Positions 28,844-38,756 of a stretch of DNA of 64,000 nucleotides are shown here, in pieces. The notes below the pieces were generated by a model. It worked only from the letters and a program-made list of their open reading frames with translations, was not told the DNA's origin and did no database searches. Both the position numbers and the translations under genes were made by a program. Positions within the stretch are counted from its first letter, which is position 1, and each line of letters begins with the position of its first letter. This stretch comes from Pseudomonadota bacterium (lineage in GTDB: Bacteria; Pseudomonadota; Alphaproteobacteria; UBA828): assembly GCA_027624955.1 (NCBI GenBank), contig JAQBTG010000006.1:1269-65268 (forward strand). The letters run 5' to 3'.

Positions 28844-29470
28844 TTATTTGCCCGCGCGCGCGGCGCTGGCGGTGGGCCTTAAGGCGGCTCTGGTGATGCC
28901 CTCGACGCCGCCCGGCAGCGCACCGCCGGGCCCCGCCGCAGGACCCGCAACTGCCGCTGCCGGGGTCTCCACAATCGTTGCCACGGCGCTCGCCATATCG
29001 ATTTCGACGACGCGGTTTATCGCGCTCACGGTCGCCAACAAGCGCGCCGCATCATCACCGCAATGCTCGATCGCCAATTCAACCAACATTTTTAGCACAT
29101 GGCCATAGGCGCCAAGATACCAGCGCGGCTCGAGGCCAGCCTTTTCATGTGCTTGGCCCATGCGGCTGACGCGGGCAAAATAGCCATCGTCAAACTGACA
29201 GGAAAACAGGTTCAACAGGTGCTGGCCCTGTTCCCGGCGGAGACACGCAATGCCCTCGGCGCTTTGGGTCAGCAGGCGCATCTCCGGCCAGGACGAAACA
29301 TATTTCAGAAATTCGGCAATGACGTCGTCGATACGCTGCTCGACGACGGGGCGAAACTCGGCCAGAAGTTGACGCGCTCCAGCGTCAAGTTCGGGGTGCG
29401 CACGGCCCTCAATAAGGGCCGCGTCAGCCGTCGCTTCCGCCGTTTCGAAGGTCTTTGTTCGCGCCGCCAT
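28844..29470 (-). CDS. Stand-alone protoglobin / globin-coupled-sensor globin domain protein
   Basis: The sensor-globin signature RVSRMGQAHEKAGLEPRWYLGAYGHVL includes a candidate proximal His. It is followed by an Ala/Gly/Pro-rich tail of about 50 aa with no output domain. Confidence 0.65.
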   Translation of the reverse strand: MAARTKTFETAEATADAALIEGRAHPELDAGARQLLAEFRPVVEQRIDDVIAEFLKYVSSWPEMRLLTQSAEGIACLRREQGQHLLNLFSCQFDDGYFARVSRMGQAHEKAGLEPRWYLGAYGHVLKMLVELAIEHCGDDAARLLATVSAINRVVEIDMASAVATIVETPAAAVAGPAAGPGGALPGGVEGITRAALRPTASAARAGK

Positions 29471-29596
29471 TTATCCTCCAGCGGGTAGAAGGCCGTGATC
29501 CGGCATCTTATGCCATAGTGGCAGCATGCCGGTCTGATAATATTTAACACCAAGCAAGGCCGTTCGAACAGATTCAACATAAGGAGACCCAACAGC

Positions 29597-30385
29597 GTGA
29601 CGGAACATAGTGCGGCAAACAGTCAAAGCTGGGACGTAAAACTATATGATCAGTCTTTTGGCTTTATCTCAGAATTTGGTGCCGGGCTGGTCGAACTGCT
29701 GGCGCCAAGCCCAGGCGAGCGCATCATCGATCTCGGCTGCGGAATAGGCCAGCTCAGTGCCCAAATCGCGGCCCAGGGGTGCGAAGTCATCGGCATTGAC
29801 GCCGATGCCGAGATGATCGCGACGGCGCGGCGGAAACATCCGGACGTTCAATTCATCTGTGCGGCGGGCGAAGATTTCGCGGTCGATGTACCGGTCGACG
29901 CAGTGTTCTCCAACGCAGCGCTGCACTGGATGAAGCAGCCCGAACCGGTGATCGCCAGCGTCGCGCGAGCGTTACGGCCGGGCGGCCGGTTTGTCGCCGA
30001 GATGGGTGCGCACCGCAACGTGATGACCGTTACCGAAGCGCTCTATCAAGCCCTGGCGGAGCAGTCGGTGGCGCGCGCGAAGGTCGAGTTTCCATGGTAT
30101 TTTCCGCGCACCGGGGCCTATGTCAGCCTCCTGGAGGCGGGCGGCTTCGACGTCACGCATTTGCACTATTTTTCGCGCCCCACACCGCTCGACAATTGCC
30201 CGAACGGTTTAAGCGATTGGATACGCATGTTCGGGCAGAATTTTCTCGCCGCAACGCCGAGCGGTGGTGAAGCGCAACTGATGGCGCGTGCGGAAGAGTT
30301 GTGCCGCGATCGTCTTTGCACCGATGGCCGCTGGTTGACCGATTATACCCGCTTGCGATTTCGCGCCGATCGTTTTGACGGATAG
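29597..30385 (+). CDS. Class I SAM-dependent methyltransferase (trans-aconitate methyltransferase-like)
   Basis: SAM motif I, IIDLGCGIGQLS, is followed by VIGIDADAEMI and FSNAALHWM. The start codon is GTG. Confidence 0.75.
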   Translation: MTEHSAANSQSWDVKLYDQSFGFISEFGAGLVELLAPSPGERIIDLGCGIGQLSAQIAAQGCEVIGIDADAEMIATARRKHPDVQFICAAGEDFAVDVPVDAVFSNAALHWMKQPEPVIASVARALRPGGRFVAEMGAHRNVMTVTEALYQALAEQSVARAKVEFPWYFPRTGAYVSLLEAGGFDVTHLHYFSRPTPLDNCPNGLSDWIRMFGQNFLAATPSGGEAQLMARAEELCRDRLCTDGRWLTDYTRLRFRADRFDG

Positions 30386-30396
30386 GATGGAGGCAT

Positions 30397-30750
30397 ATGA
30401 TTGTCACGCGTTTGTTGGCATGTTCCGCGGCAGCTGCTGTGGCAGCTTTTTTGATTTTCATCCCCGCGGCACCGGCTGTCGCCTATGACCCGACTACCGG
30501 CGAAGCGCTTCACCAGGCATGCGCCGGCGCCGCGCCGCATGTTTGCCTTTCCTATCTCGCCGGTATCATCGATATGCATGAAGCCGGCCTGTCAGGCGGA
30601 GAAGTGCAGCTGTTCTGCCCCGAGAACGCGCCGCCGGAGAAAGTCGGCCGCGGCGTCTGGCTATATTATGAGCAGCATCCCGACGCCCTGGAACAGCCAG
30701 CGGCCTTGGGTGCGGTTCACGCGCTGGCACTCATGTTCCCGTGTGAGTAG
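30397..30750 (+). CDS. Small secreted Cys-containing protein, Rap1a/Tai4-like (tentative)
   Basis: 117 aa with a signal peptide. The pattern HQAC...CLSYLAGIIDMHE...LFCPEN...VWLYYEQHPDAL...AVHALALMFPCE resembles the Rap1a immunity-protein family as I remember it. Confidence 0.45.
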   Translation: MIVTRLLACSAAAAVAAFLIFIPAAPAVAYDPTTGEALHQACAGAAPHVCLSYLAGIIDMHEAGLSGGEVQLFCPENAPPEKVGRGVWLYYEQHPDALEQPAALGAVHALALMFPCE

Positions 30751-30863
30751 GCCGCAGCCGCCTAAATTCGGCCACATTGGGTGATTATTGCTAAGGCTGT
30801 GAAATTACACGGGATTTGGTATGCTAGAGAATCCAAGTCACTAAATAGAGTATCGAGGCAAGA

Positions 30864-31613
30864 ATGTCCGGACATGCAAAATGGGCCAATATTCAACATC
30901 GCAAGGGGGCCCAGGACGCGAGGCGTGCCAAGCGCAACGAAAAACTGGTGCGCGAGATCATAGTCGCCGCGCGGCAAGGCGCGCCCGACCCTGAGCATAA
31001 TGCGCGATTGCGTACGGCAATCATTGCCGCCAAGTCGCAAAGCGTGCCCAAGGAAAATATCGACCGGGTCCTTAAGAAGGCCCAAGGAGGCGGCGACGAC
31101 GTCAATTTCGACGAGCTCTGCTATGAAGGTTTCGGGCCGGGTGGCATCGCCATGTTAGTCGATGCCGCGACCGATAACAGGAACCGCACCGCGGCCGAAG
31201 TGCGCTCGATCTTCAATAAATATGGCGGCGCATTGGGTGAATCGGGCAGCGTGAGTTACATGTTCGAGCGCATCGGTTCGGTCCACTACGCAAGCGATGC
31301 GGCGAGCGCTGACGAGATGTTCGAGGCCGCGCTCGAGGCCGGGGCAAGCAACTGCGAATCCGATGCTGACGGCCATGAGATTTCGTGCGCAATCGAAGAT
31401 TTCGGCGACGTCAGCGACGCTTTGGGCGAACGCTTTGGGATACCCGAAGATGCCGGCCTGACCTGGAAGCCGCAAACCACCATTCAAATTGAAGAGGATG
31501 TAGCCGAATCCTTGTTTAAGCTGATGGAGGCCTTGGACGATTGCGACGATGTGCAGACTGTCTCGGCCAATTTCGAAGTCAGCGACGACGTGATGCAGAA
31601 GCTCTCGGCATGA
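30864..31613 (+). CDS. yebC: YebC/PmpR family DNA-binding transcriptional regulator
   Basis: MSGHAKWANIQHRKGAQDARRAK is the family-defining N-terminus. The ORF is 249 aa. Confidence 0.93.
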   Translation: MSGHAKWANIQHRKGAQDARRAKRNEKLVREIIVAARQGAPDPEHNARLRTAIIAAKSQSVPKENIDRVLKKAQGGGDDVNFDELCYEGFGPGGIAMLVDAATDNRNRTAAEVRSIFNKYGGALGESGSVSYMFERIGSVHYASDAASADEMFEAALEAGASNCESDADGHEISCAIEDFGDVSDALGERFGIPEDAGLTWKPQTTIQIEEDVAESLFKLMEALDDCDDVQTVSANFEVSDDVMQKLSA

Positions 31614-32128
31614 TCGGCGTGCGGCGTTTCATCGGCTTAGATCCGGGCCTGCGTGCAACGGGCTGGGGCGTAATTGAGGCCCAGGACAATCGTTTGCGTC
31701 ATCTCGCCAATGGCACGGTGGCGACGGATCCGGATCTGGAAACCGCCGAGCGCCTGCGTCAACTTCATGACGGCCTGGCACGAATATTAGCCGAGTGGGC
31801 GCCCGACGACGCTGCAGTTGAAGAAACCTTCGTCAACCGCAATCCCCGCTCCACGCTCAAATTGGGTTTAGCGCGCGGCGTTGTGCTCTTGGCGCCGGCC
31901 CTGTTCGGCCTCCGCGTCGCCGAATATTCGCCCAATAAAATCAAGAAATCCGTGGTCGGTGCGGGGCATGCCGATAAAACCCAGGTCGGTGTTATGGTGC
32001 GGCATTTACTGCCCGGCTGCGATCCTGCGGACGCGGATGCCACCGATGCCCTGGCCGTCGCCATTTGTCATGCTCATCACGCCGCGACCGACGGCCTGTG
32101 GCCGTCCATTCGGGCTGCGGCCGTCTGA
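31610..32128 (+). CDS. ruvC: Crossover junction endodeoxyribonuclease RuvC
   Basis: Translation from ATG 31610 (ATGA overlap with the yebC stop) gives IGLDPGLRATGWGVIE...EETFVNRNPRSTLKLGLARG...ADATDALAVAICH. Confidence 0.92.
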   Translation: MIGVRRFIGLDPGLRATGWGVIEAQDNRLRHLANGTVATDPDLETAERLRQLHDGLARILAEWAPDDAAVEETFVNRNPRSTLKLGLARGVVLLAPALFGLRVAEYSPNKIKKSVVGAGHADKTQVGVMVRHLLPGCDPADADATDALAVAICHAHHAATDGLWPSIRAAAV

Positions 32129-32139
32129 GGCGCCGTGCC

Positions 32140-32742
32140 ATGATTGCAAAACTGAGCGGCAAGCTGGATTCAACCGGCGATGGCTGGGCGGTGATAGACG
32201 TCGGTGGCGTCGGATATTTGGTTTTTTGCGCCGGGCGCACTTTGTCCACTCTGCCGAGTCCTGGCGCCGCGATCTCACTGGAGATCGAAACCGTGGTACG
32301 CGAGGACCAGTTTAATCTCTATGGCTTCGTCGATGCCCATGAGCGCGAATGGTTCCGCCTGCTGCGCAAGGTGCAGAGTGTCGGCGCGAAAATGGCGCTT
32401 GCCATTCTTGGACTGCTGTCGCCGGACGATTTGTCGCTGGCCATAGCGGCCCGTGACCGCAGCGCTCTGACTAGGGTCTCGGGTGTCGGGCCCAAACTTG
32501 CGGACCGCCTGATCACCGAATTGAAAGACAAGACGCCCGTGGCCGGCATGGCCGTGGCGATGGGTTCCGGCACCGCTAGCGAACGCGGATCGCCGAGCGG
32601 CGACGCGGTTTCGGCGCTGGTCAATCTGGGTTATCGCCAAAGCGAGGCGTTTGGCGCGATCGCTGGCGCGGCGCGGATTCTCGGGGAGGGCGCCTCGATC
32701 GAAGCGCTGATCCAGGCCGGCCTCAAGGAACTCAGCGCATGA
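32140..32742 (+). CDS. ruvA: Holliday junction branch migration complex subunit RuvA
   Basis: Translation from ATG 32140 gives [30 protein letters not shown]...LYGF...ERE.F..L..V.GVGAK.ALAIL. The longest ORF starts at 32065. Confidence 0.92.
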   Translation: MIAKLSGKLDSTGDGWAVIDVGGVGYLVFCAGRTLSTLPSPGAAISLEIETVVREDQFNLYGFVDAHEREWFRLLRKVQSVGAKMALAILGLLSPDDLSLAIAARDRSALTRVSGVGPKLADRLITELKDKTPVAGMAVAMGSGTASERGSPSGDAVSALVNLGYRQSEAFGAIAGAARILGEGASIEALIQAGLKELSA

Positions 32743-33791
32743 GCGATGATCGCGACGATCGCATCATGTCGCCAGAAGCTCACCAAGAAGACGGCGCAGA
32801 GATCAGTTTGCGGCCGCAGACGCTCGACGAATTCATCGGCCAGCCCAATATTTGCGAAAATTTGCAAATCTTCGTGACCGCCGCGCGGAGCCGCGGGGAG
32901 GCCCTTGATCACGTGTTGTTTTATGGCCCGCCCGGGCTCGGCAAGACGACATTGGCCCAGATTGTGGCGCGCGAGCTTGGCGTAGGTTTTCGCGCGACGT
33001 CCGGCCCCGTCATCGCGCGGGCCGGTGATCTTGCCGCGATCTTGACCAATCTTAATGCCCGCGATGTCTTGTTCATCGATGAAATTCACCGCCTAAATCC
33101 GGCCGTCGAAGAAATCCTCTATCCAGCGCTTGAAGATCGCCAGCTTGATCTGATCATCGGTGAAGGGCCGGCGGCGCGGTCGGTACGCATCGATTTGCCG
33201 CCGTTCACATTGGTTGGCGCGACAACTCGCACCGGGCTCGTCACGACGCCGCTTCGCGAACGCTTCGGCATTCCGCTGCGGCTGGATTTTTACGGCACCG
33301 ATGATCTTGAGGAGATCGTCCGTCGCAATGCGATTAAATTGAATTTCAATCTGACCCAAGAAGGAGCACGGGAAATTGGCCAGCGCTCGCGCGGCACGCC
33401 GCGGATTGCCGTGCGTCTGTTGCGCCGTGTGCGAGATTTCGCTGCGGTCGCCGGGACAGTTCAGGTCGACGCAAAGTTAGCGGATGCCTCGTTGCGCCGC
33501 CTCGAGGTCGATGAGAGAGGCCTTGATTCTCTCGACCGGCGCTATCTGAGTTGTATTGGGAAAAATTACGCCGGCGGACCGGTCGGTGTCGAAACCCTCG
33601 CCGCGGCACTGTCCGAACAGCGCGATGCGCTCGAAGAGGTCATCGAACCGTTCCTCATTCAGCAGGGCTTTTTGCAGCGCACCTCGCGCGGCCGCGCGTT
33701 GACTGCTCATGGCTTTCGCCATTTGGGCATGGAAGTGCCCAAGCCGGAAAGCCCGCAGTTCGAGCTGATCGAGGAGGGCGGCGATGAGTAG
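32739..33791 (+). CDS. ruvB: Holliday junction DNA helicase RuvB
   Basis: [12 protein letters not shown], Walker [21 protein letters not shown] and RTPRIA-like [16 protein letters not shown]. Confidence 0.96.
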   Translation: MSDDRDDRIMSPEAHQEDGAEISLRPQTLDEFIGQPNICENLQIFVTAARSRGEALDHVLFYGPPGLGKTTLAQIVARELGVGFRATSGPVIARAGDLAAILTNLNARDVLFIDEIHRLNPAVEEILYPALEDRQLDLIIGEGPAARSVRIDLPPFTLVGATTRTGLVTTPLRERFGIPLRLDFYGTDDLEEIVRRNAIKLNFNLTQEGAREIGQRSRGTPRIAVRLLRRVRDFAAVAGTVQVDAKLADASLRRLEVDERGLDSLDRRYLSCIGKNYAGGPVGVETLAAALSEQRDALEEVIEPFLIQQGFLQRTSRGRALTAHGFRHLGMEVPKPESPQFELIEEGGDE

Positions 33792-34284
33792 CAACGCCGC
33801 AGCCGCCGCCCGTCCGCCGGCTTTGCAAAGTGCTGCCGCTGGACGCTTGGCCGGCGATGTTTTTATCTTTTCCTTGCGCGTCTATTACGAAGATACCGAC
33901 GCGGCGGGGATCGTCTACTATGCCAACTATCTAAAATTCATCGAGCGTGCGCGCACCGAAATGATGCGCGCCGCCGGCATCGATCACAGCGGCATGCGCG
34001 AAGCGGATGGGGTTCTTTTTGTCGTTCGGCGCTGCACGCTCGACTATCGCCGGCCTGCGCGGCTTGATGATTTGCTCGAAATTCATACCCGTATCGTTGC
34101 CCTGAAAGGGGCGAGTTTGGAGGCCGAGCAAAGCGTTCTCAGGGACGGCGAAACGCTGGTGCACGCTAATTTGCGGCTCGCCTGCATCAAGGAAACTGGC
34201 GCGCCGGCGCGTTTCCCGCCAGATCTCCGATCCGCCCTGGAAGCTATGCAGCAGGGATCACGACCAGCAAAAACAGGTTCTTAA
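33784..34284 (+). CDS. ybgC: Tol-Pal-associated acyl-CoA thioesterase YbgC
   Basis: Hot-dog fold signature [31 protein letters not shown]. It sits immediately upstream of tolQ. Confidence 0.88.
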   Translation: MSSNAAAAARPPALQSAAAGRLAGDVFIFSLRVYYEDTDAAGIVYYANYLKFIERARTEMMRAAGIDHSGMREADGVLFVVRRCTLDYRRPARLDDLLEIHTRIVALKGASLEAEQSVLRDGETLVHANLRLACIKETGAPARFPPDLRSALEAMQQGSRPAKTGS

Positions 34285-34287
34285 ATT

Positions 34288-35025
34288 ATGGATACTAATC
34301 TCGTTACCGCGATGGAATTAGGTGCAGGCGCCGTCTCGCATAGCCTATCTCCGTGGCAGCTGTTCGTTGAAGCCGACATCATCGTCAAGGCGGTCATTCT
34401 GCTGCTTATTGTGTGTTCATTCTGGAGCTGGGCGATCATCTTCGAGAAGGTGACACGCTATCGCCGGGTCACCCGGCAGGCAGCGGCCTTTGAGGCCATG
34501 TTCTGGTCCGGCGGATCGTTGCAACAGCTCTACGAAAATATACAGCAGCAGGCGACGCATCCGATGTCGCGGCTGTTCGAATCTGCGATGCGCGAATGGC
34601 AGCGCTTTTCATCAGGTGCCAATCCGCAACTCGATTCCACCCGCCTCGAGGGTCTGCAGCGGCGCATCACCCACGCCATGGACGTGACGCTCGACCGCGA
34701 ACTCGATCAAATGCAGAAATATCTCGGGTTTTTGGCGACCGTTGGCTCGACAGCGCCGTTCGTCGGCCTGTTCGGCACGGTGTGGGGCATCATGAACAGC
34801 TTTCAATCGATCGCCGCCAGCAAGGACACGTCGCTGGCCGTGGTTGCGCCCGGTATTGCCGAAGCTCTATTCGCGACCGCGCTCGGATTGGTCGCGGCGA
34901 TACCTTCGGTGGTCGCCTATAACAAGCTGAGCGGCGATCTTGACCGTTATAGCGGTCGCTTAGAATCTTTCGGCACCGAATTCCGCTCTTTGATGTCGCG
35001 CCAGCTTGAAGAGCGCGTCACCTGA
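34288..35025 (+). CDS. tolQ: Tol-Pal system protein TolQ
   Basis: MotA/TolQ/ExbB family signature LGFLATVGSTAPFVGLFGTVWGIMNSF, with three TM segments. Confidence 0.93.
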   Translation: MDTNLVTAMELGAGAVSHSLSPWQLFVEADIIVKAVILLLIVCSFWSWAIIFEKVTRYRRVTRQAAAFEAMFWSGGSLQQLYENIQQQATHPMSRLFESAMREWQRFSSGANPQLDSTRLEGLQRRITHAMDVTLDRELDQMQKYLGFLATVGSTAPFVGLFGTVWGIMNSFQSIAASKDTSLAVVAPGIAEALFATALGLVAAIPSVVAYNKLSGDLDRYSGRLESFGTEFRSLMSRQLEERVT

Positions 35026-35465
35026 TGGGTGCCGATCTTCATTTGAGCGAAGGACGCAGGCGCCGACGCCACCGGGCGCCGATGAGCCAGATCAACGTCA
35101 CGCCGTTTGTCGACGTGATGTTGGTGCTGCTGGTGATCTTCATGATCACAGCACCCCTTTTGACGGTCGGCGTGCAGGTGGATTTGCCGGAAACTGAGGC
35201 CGGGCCGATCAGTGGCGATGATGAACCGCTCGCCATCAGCATCACCAAGGACAATGTCATATACCTGCAGGAAACCGTGGTCGAACTGGGCGATCTGGTC
35301 GCGAAGCTGATGGCGATCTCGGAGCGCCGTACCGATACGCGGATATTCATGCGCGCCGATACGGACATTCCCTATGGCCGCGTTATGGAAGTGATGGGCA
35401 CGATAAACCGAGCCGGGTTCAAGAAAGTGGCGCTCGTCACCAAGCTCGACAAAGGGGAAAAATAG
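35025..35465 (+). CDS. tolR: Tol-Pal system protein TolR (ExbD/TolR family)
   Basis: INVTPFVDVMLVLLVIFMITAPLL and the conserved context. Confidence 0.9.
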   Translation: MGADLHLSEGRRRRRHRAPMSQINVTPFVDVMLVLLVIFMITAPLLTVGVQVDLPETEAGPISGDDEPLAISITKDNVIYLQETVVELGDLVAKLMAISERRTDTRIFMRADTDIPYGRVMEVMGTINRAGFKKVALVTKLDKGEK

Positions 35466-35470
35466 ACGCC

Positions 35471-36502
35471 ATGGGCCGGCGCGGCTGGATATTTTCAGGG
35501 ATCCTGCATGGTGGCGTAATCGCGGCGGCGGTGCTTGGCCTGCCATCTTTATTCCAGGGTGGTGATGAATTCGTGGAAGAAACGATTGTTGTCTCCATGG
35601 TGTCGGAAGAGGATTTGGTGGGCATCGACCGGAGCGAGTCCGAGCCCGAGCCCGCCGAACCTGTCGCCGAAGCCGCGCCTCAGCCCGAGCCAGAACCCGA
35701 GCCGGAACCGGTCGTAGAGGCGGCGCCGGAGCCACCGCCACCGCCGCCTGAGCGGGAACCCGAACCGATTGAGGTAAAAGCACCGGAGCCGCCGCCGCCG
35801 CCGCTGCCGCCCGAGCCAGAACCTGAACCGATCGAAGTAAAAGCACCGGAGCCGCTGCCACCGCCGCCCGAGCTGGAGCCCGAGCCTGAGTTGGCCGCGG
35901 TCACGCCGGAACCCCCGCCGCCGCCGCCAGAGGCTAAGCCCGAACCCGAACCGCCGAATGCCCCCCAGGCCACACCCGCCCCTCAAATCAGTGTGCCCAA
36001 GCCTCGCGCCAAGCCAGCGCCGGCACAGCCTAGCTTCGATTCGCTGCTGAAGAGCGTGGTCGAAGAAGAGCCTGAAAAGAAACCGCAGCCAGAGCCTGAA
36101 TTCAACACGCTATTGGCAAATGTGGCGGACACGCCGCCGCCCAAGCCGAAGACCGAAACACGCGACCTGCCGCAGCGAACAAGTACAATGAAATTGGCAC
36201 TGGCCAATCAGATTGCGGCGTTGATCAAGACCCGGGTGGAAGCGAATTGGAGCGTGCCGGCGGGCGTGCGTGACGCCGGCAATCTTGTGGTTACCATCCG
36301 TATCCGCTTGGGCCGTGACGGCGCCGTGCAAAGCGCCGAAATTCTCGACGCGAATTATGCCGAGGATCTGAATTTCCGGGCGATGGCGGAAAGCGCCCGA
36401 CGGGCCGTCCAGAAGGCGAGCCCGATCAGGTCGTTGCGGAATTTTAGCGACGACTATAATGAATGGCGCGATGTCACGATGACATTTCGCCCGCCGGTAT
36501 AA
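35471..36502 (+). CDS. tolA: Tol-Pal system protein TolA
   Basis: It has an N-terminal TM anchor, a long Pro/Glu-rich spacer and a C-terminal TonB/TolA-like domain (VEANWSVPAGVRDAGNLVVTIRIRLGRDGAV). Confidence 0.85.
   Translation: MGRRGWIFSGILHGGVIAAAVLGLPSLFQGGDEFVEETIVVSMVSEEDLVGIDRSESEPEPAEPVAEAAPQPEPEPEPEPVVEAAPEPPPPPPEREPEPIEVKAPEPPPPPLPPEPEPEPIEVKAPEPLPPPPELEPEPELAAVTPEPPPPPPEAKPEPEPPNAPQATPAPQISVPKPRAKPAPAQPSFDSLLKSVVEEEPEKKPQPEPEFNTLLANVADTPPPKPKTETRDLPQRTSTMKLALANQIAALIKTRVEANWSVPAGVRDAGNLVVTIRIRLGRDGAVQSAEILDANYAEDLNFRAMAESARRAVQKASPIRSLRNFSDDYNEWRDVTMTFRPPV
35756..35880 (+). repeat. 63-bp tandem duplication (about 1.9 copies) inside the tolA Pro-rich spacer
   Basis: The units encode EPEPIEVKAPEPPPPPLPPEP and EPEPIEVKAPEPLPPPPELEP. 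The nucleotide similarity is visible directly. Confidence 0.8.
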
Positions 36503-36590
36503 GATGCGATTATGACAGGCGCGATAATGACAGACGCGATGATAGCAATAGCGAGTTGGCAAGAGCGATGACGCAGCGGAGACGTAACGC

Positions 36591-37967
36591 ATGAGTTGGC
36601 AGGCCCGCAGGGAACCAGGCAAGGCCACGATTTACAGTCGAGGTGTGCCGTCGTGCGCCATTGTCTGGCTGGTCGCGATATTTTTGTTGGCCATTGCCAT
36701 TCCTCTGATGCCGGCGCGGGCAGAGCTGCGCGTCGATATCACGCGCGGGCAGGTAGAGCCGATGCCGGTCGCCGTTTCGGATCTATTCGGCGAATCTGAA
36801 GATGCGGCTAAATTTGGCCGCCGAATTGCCGAGGTCGTCGCGCGCAATCTCGAACGCTCCGGCCTGTTCCGCCCGATTGACCAGCGCGCCTATATTCAGC
36901 GCCCCGAAGCCATGTTGAGCGGGCCACGATTTGCTGATTGGCGTCAGATCAACGCCCAGGCGCTGGTGACCGGCAAAGTGCGGATCGTCGCCGGTGACAA
37001 ATTGGAGGTCGAATTCCGCCTGTGGGATATATTTGCCGAACAGCATCTGGTGGGATTGCGGCTCGGCAGCGTCACGAGCCAATGGCGGCGCATCGCCCAC
37101 AAAGTAACCGATGCGATCTATGAGCGGCTTACCGGCGAAGTTGGGTATTTCGATACCCGAATCGTCTACATCGCCGAAACCGGTCCGCTCGACGCGCGCA
37201 TTAAGCGCCTCGCAATTATGGACCAGGACGGCGAAAATTTGCGTTTTCTGTCGGACGGCAAACAGCTGGTGTTGACGCCGCGCTTTTCACCGACCGCGCA
37301 GGAAATCACCTATCTTTTCTACGACAAAGGCATTCCGCGGGTATATTTGCGCAAGATCGATTCGGGGCAGCAGGAAGTGCTGGGTAATTTCCCCGGTATG
37401 ACGTTCGCACCGCGTTTCTCGCCAGACGGCAACAGCGTCGTCATGACCTATGCGGCGGACGGCAATTCGGATTTATTCGAAATGGATTTGCGCAGCCGCA
37501 AAGTGCGGCGGTTGACCGACAATGGTGCGATCGATACTGCGCCTTCCTACTCGCCGGACGGTCAACAGATTACCTTCGAATCTGATCGTAGTGGCGAACA
37601 GCAAATTTATGTCATGGCGCGCGAAGGGTCGAAGGCGCGGCGCATTTCTTTCGGCAAGGGCCGCTACGGCACCCCGGTCTGGTCACCTCGCGGAGATTTG
37701 ATTGCGTTCACCAAGAGCAATAAAGGCCGGTTTTCCATCGGCGTGATTAAACCGGATGGCACTGGTGAGCGTATATTATCGCAAGATTATCTCGTGGAAG
37801 GCCCGACTTGGGCGCCGAATGGGCGCGTGTTAATGTTTTTTCGGCAGAGTGAACGCAATCCAGACAGCTCGGAATTGGTCACAGTCGACATCACTGGCCA
37901 CAATGAGAGAATATTGTTCACAACCACAGCGGCGTCCGACCCGGCTTGGTCGCCCTTGATCCCATGA
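36591..37967 (+). CDS. tolB: Tol-Pal system beta-propeller protein TolB
   Basis: It has a signal-like N-terminus, and repeated WD-like blades (P.FSPDG, P.YSPDG, P.WSPRG, P.WAPNG) follow. The exact start is uncertain. Confidence 0.92.
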   Translation: MSWQARREPGKATIYSRGVPSCAIVWLVAIFLLAIAIPLMPARAELRVDITRGQVEPMPVAVSDLFGESEDAAKFGRRIAEVVARNLERSGLFRPIDQRAYIQRPEAMLSGPRFADWRQINAQALVTGKVRIVAGDKLEVEFRLWDIFAEQHLVGLRLGSVTSQWRRIAHKVTDAIYERLTGEVGYFDTRIVYIAETGPLDARIKRLAIMDQDGENLRFLSDGKQLVLTPRFSPTAQEITYLFYDKGIPRVYLRKIDSGQQEVLGNFPGMTFAPRFSPDGNSVVMTYAADGNSDLFEMDLRSRKVRRLTDNGAIDTAPSYSPDGQQITFESDRSGEQQIYVMAREGSKARRISFGKGRYGTPVWSPRGDLIAFTKSNKGRFSIGVIKPDGTGERILSQDYLVEGPTWAPNGRVLMFFRQSERNPDSSELVTVDITGHNERILFTTTAASDPAWSPLIP

Positions 37968-38166
37968 ATATCCAGAGTTATAAGTCTTCATTCTTATTTG
38001 GCCGATTCTTGAAAATATATAGGTAATACATATCGGCAATCATAAATAAGACCCTTCTGAACGCGTTTTTCTATAGGCTCGGCAAAACAGGCCGAAACTC
38101 GTACCGCGCGGTATGCGCCTCGTCTGAGCCATCGGCAATCTGAATCATATTTGAGGGAGCGACCTG

Positions 38167-38721
38167 ATGTGGAAGAAAATTTTTGGAGCAAAACGGATAC
38201 TGGCTTTGGCCGCCGTATTGCTAATTGTGGCAGCGTGCGAAAGCACGTCGGATGATACTGCCGCGACGGCGGGTGACGGCGACGCGACCTCGTCAGCGCA
38301 GAGCAGCGATTCCAGCGGCGGTGGTGACGTGAATGTTGCGACGGTCGATTCCTCGGCGCCCACCCCCGGGAGCCAGGAAGACCTCATGCAGAACGTAGGT
38401 GACCGTGTGTTTTTCGAATATGACAGTGCGGTTTTGACGCCTGACGGGCGGCGCACCTTGGAGCGCCAGGCCGAGTGGCTGCGTCTTTTCCCGGAGCACA
38501 ATATCATGGTCGAAGGCCATTGTGATGAGCGTGGAACGCGCGAATATAACTTGGCACTCGGCGAACGCCGCGCCTCGGCGGCGCGCGATTATCTGATCGC
38601 GTTCGGCATGGACCCGGCGCGCGTGACCACCACCAGCTACGGCAAGGAACGCCCCTACGCGCTCGGGCATAACGAGGAATCTTGGAGCCTCAACCGGCGC
38701 TCGGTCACGGTGGTTAACTAA
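38167..38721 (+). CDS. pal: Peptidoglycan-associated lipoprotein Pal (OmpA family)
   Basis: Lipobox LIVAAC, followed by the OmpA-like domain VFFEYDSAVLTPDGRRTLERQAEWL...EGHCDERGTREYNLALGERRA. Confidence 0.93.
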   Translation: MWKKIFGAKRILALAAVLLIVAACESTSDDTAATAGDGDATSSAQSSDSSGGGDVNVATVDSSAPTPGSQEDLMQNVGDRVFFEYDSAVLTPDGRRTLERQAEWLRLFPEHNIMVEGHCDERGTREYNLALGERRASAARDYLIAFGMDPARVTTTSYGKERPYALGHNEESWSLNRRSVTVVN

Positions 38722-38756
38722 CCGGGAGTTGTCGGCATAGCGGCAGGAACAGGCCG

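Noticed and set aside
34947-35986. Long minus-strand ORFs (304 aa, 145 aa, 97 aa) across tolR/tolA
   Set aside because: They are antisense to the Pro/Glu-rich tolA repeats. They are low-complexity Ala/Arg/Gly translations with no independent signals.
37964-38026. 20-codon AT-rich mini-ORF overlapping the tolB stop ([20 protein letters not shown])
   Set aside because: It has no RBS and its codon usage is unlike the rest of the window. It is most likely a chance ORF in an AT-rich spacer.
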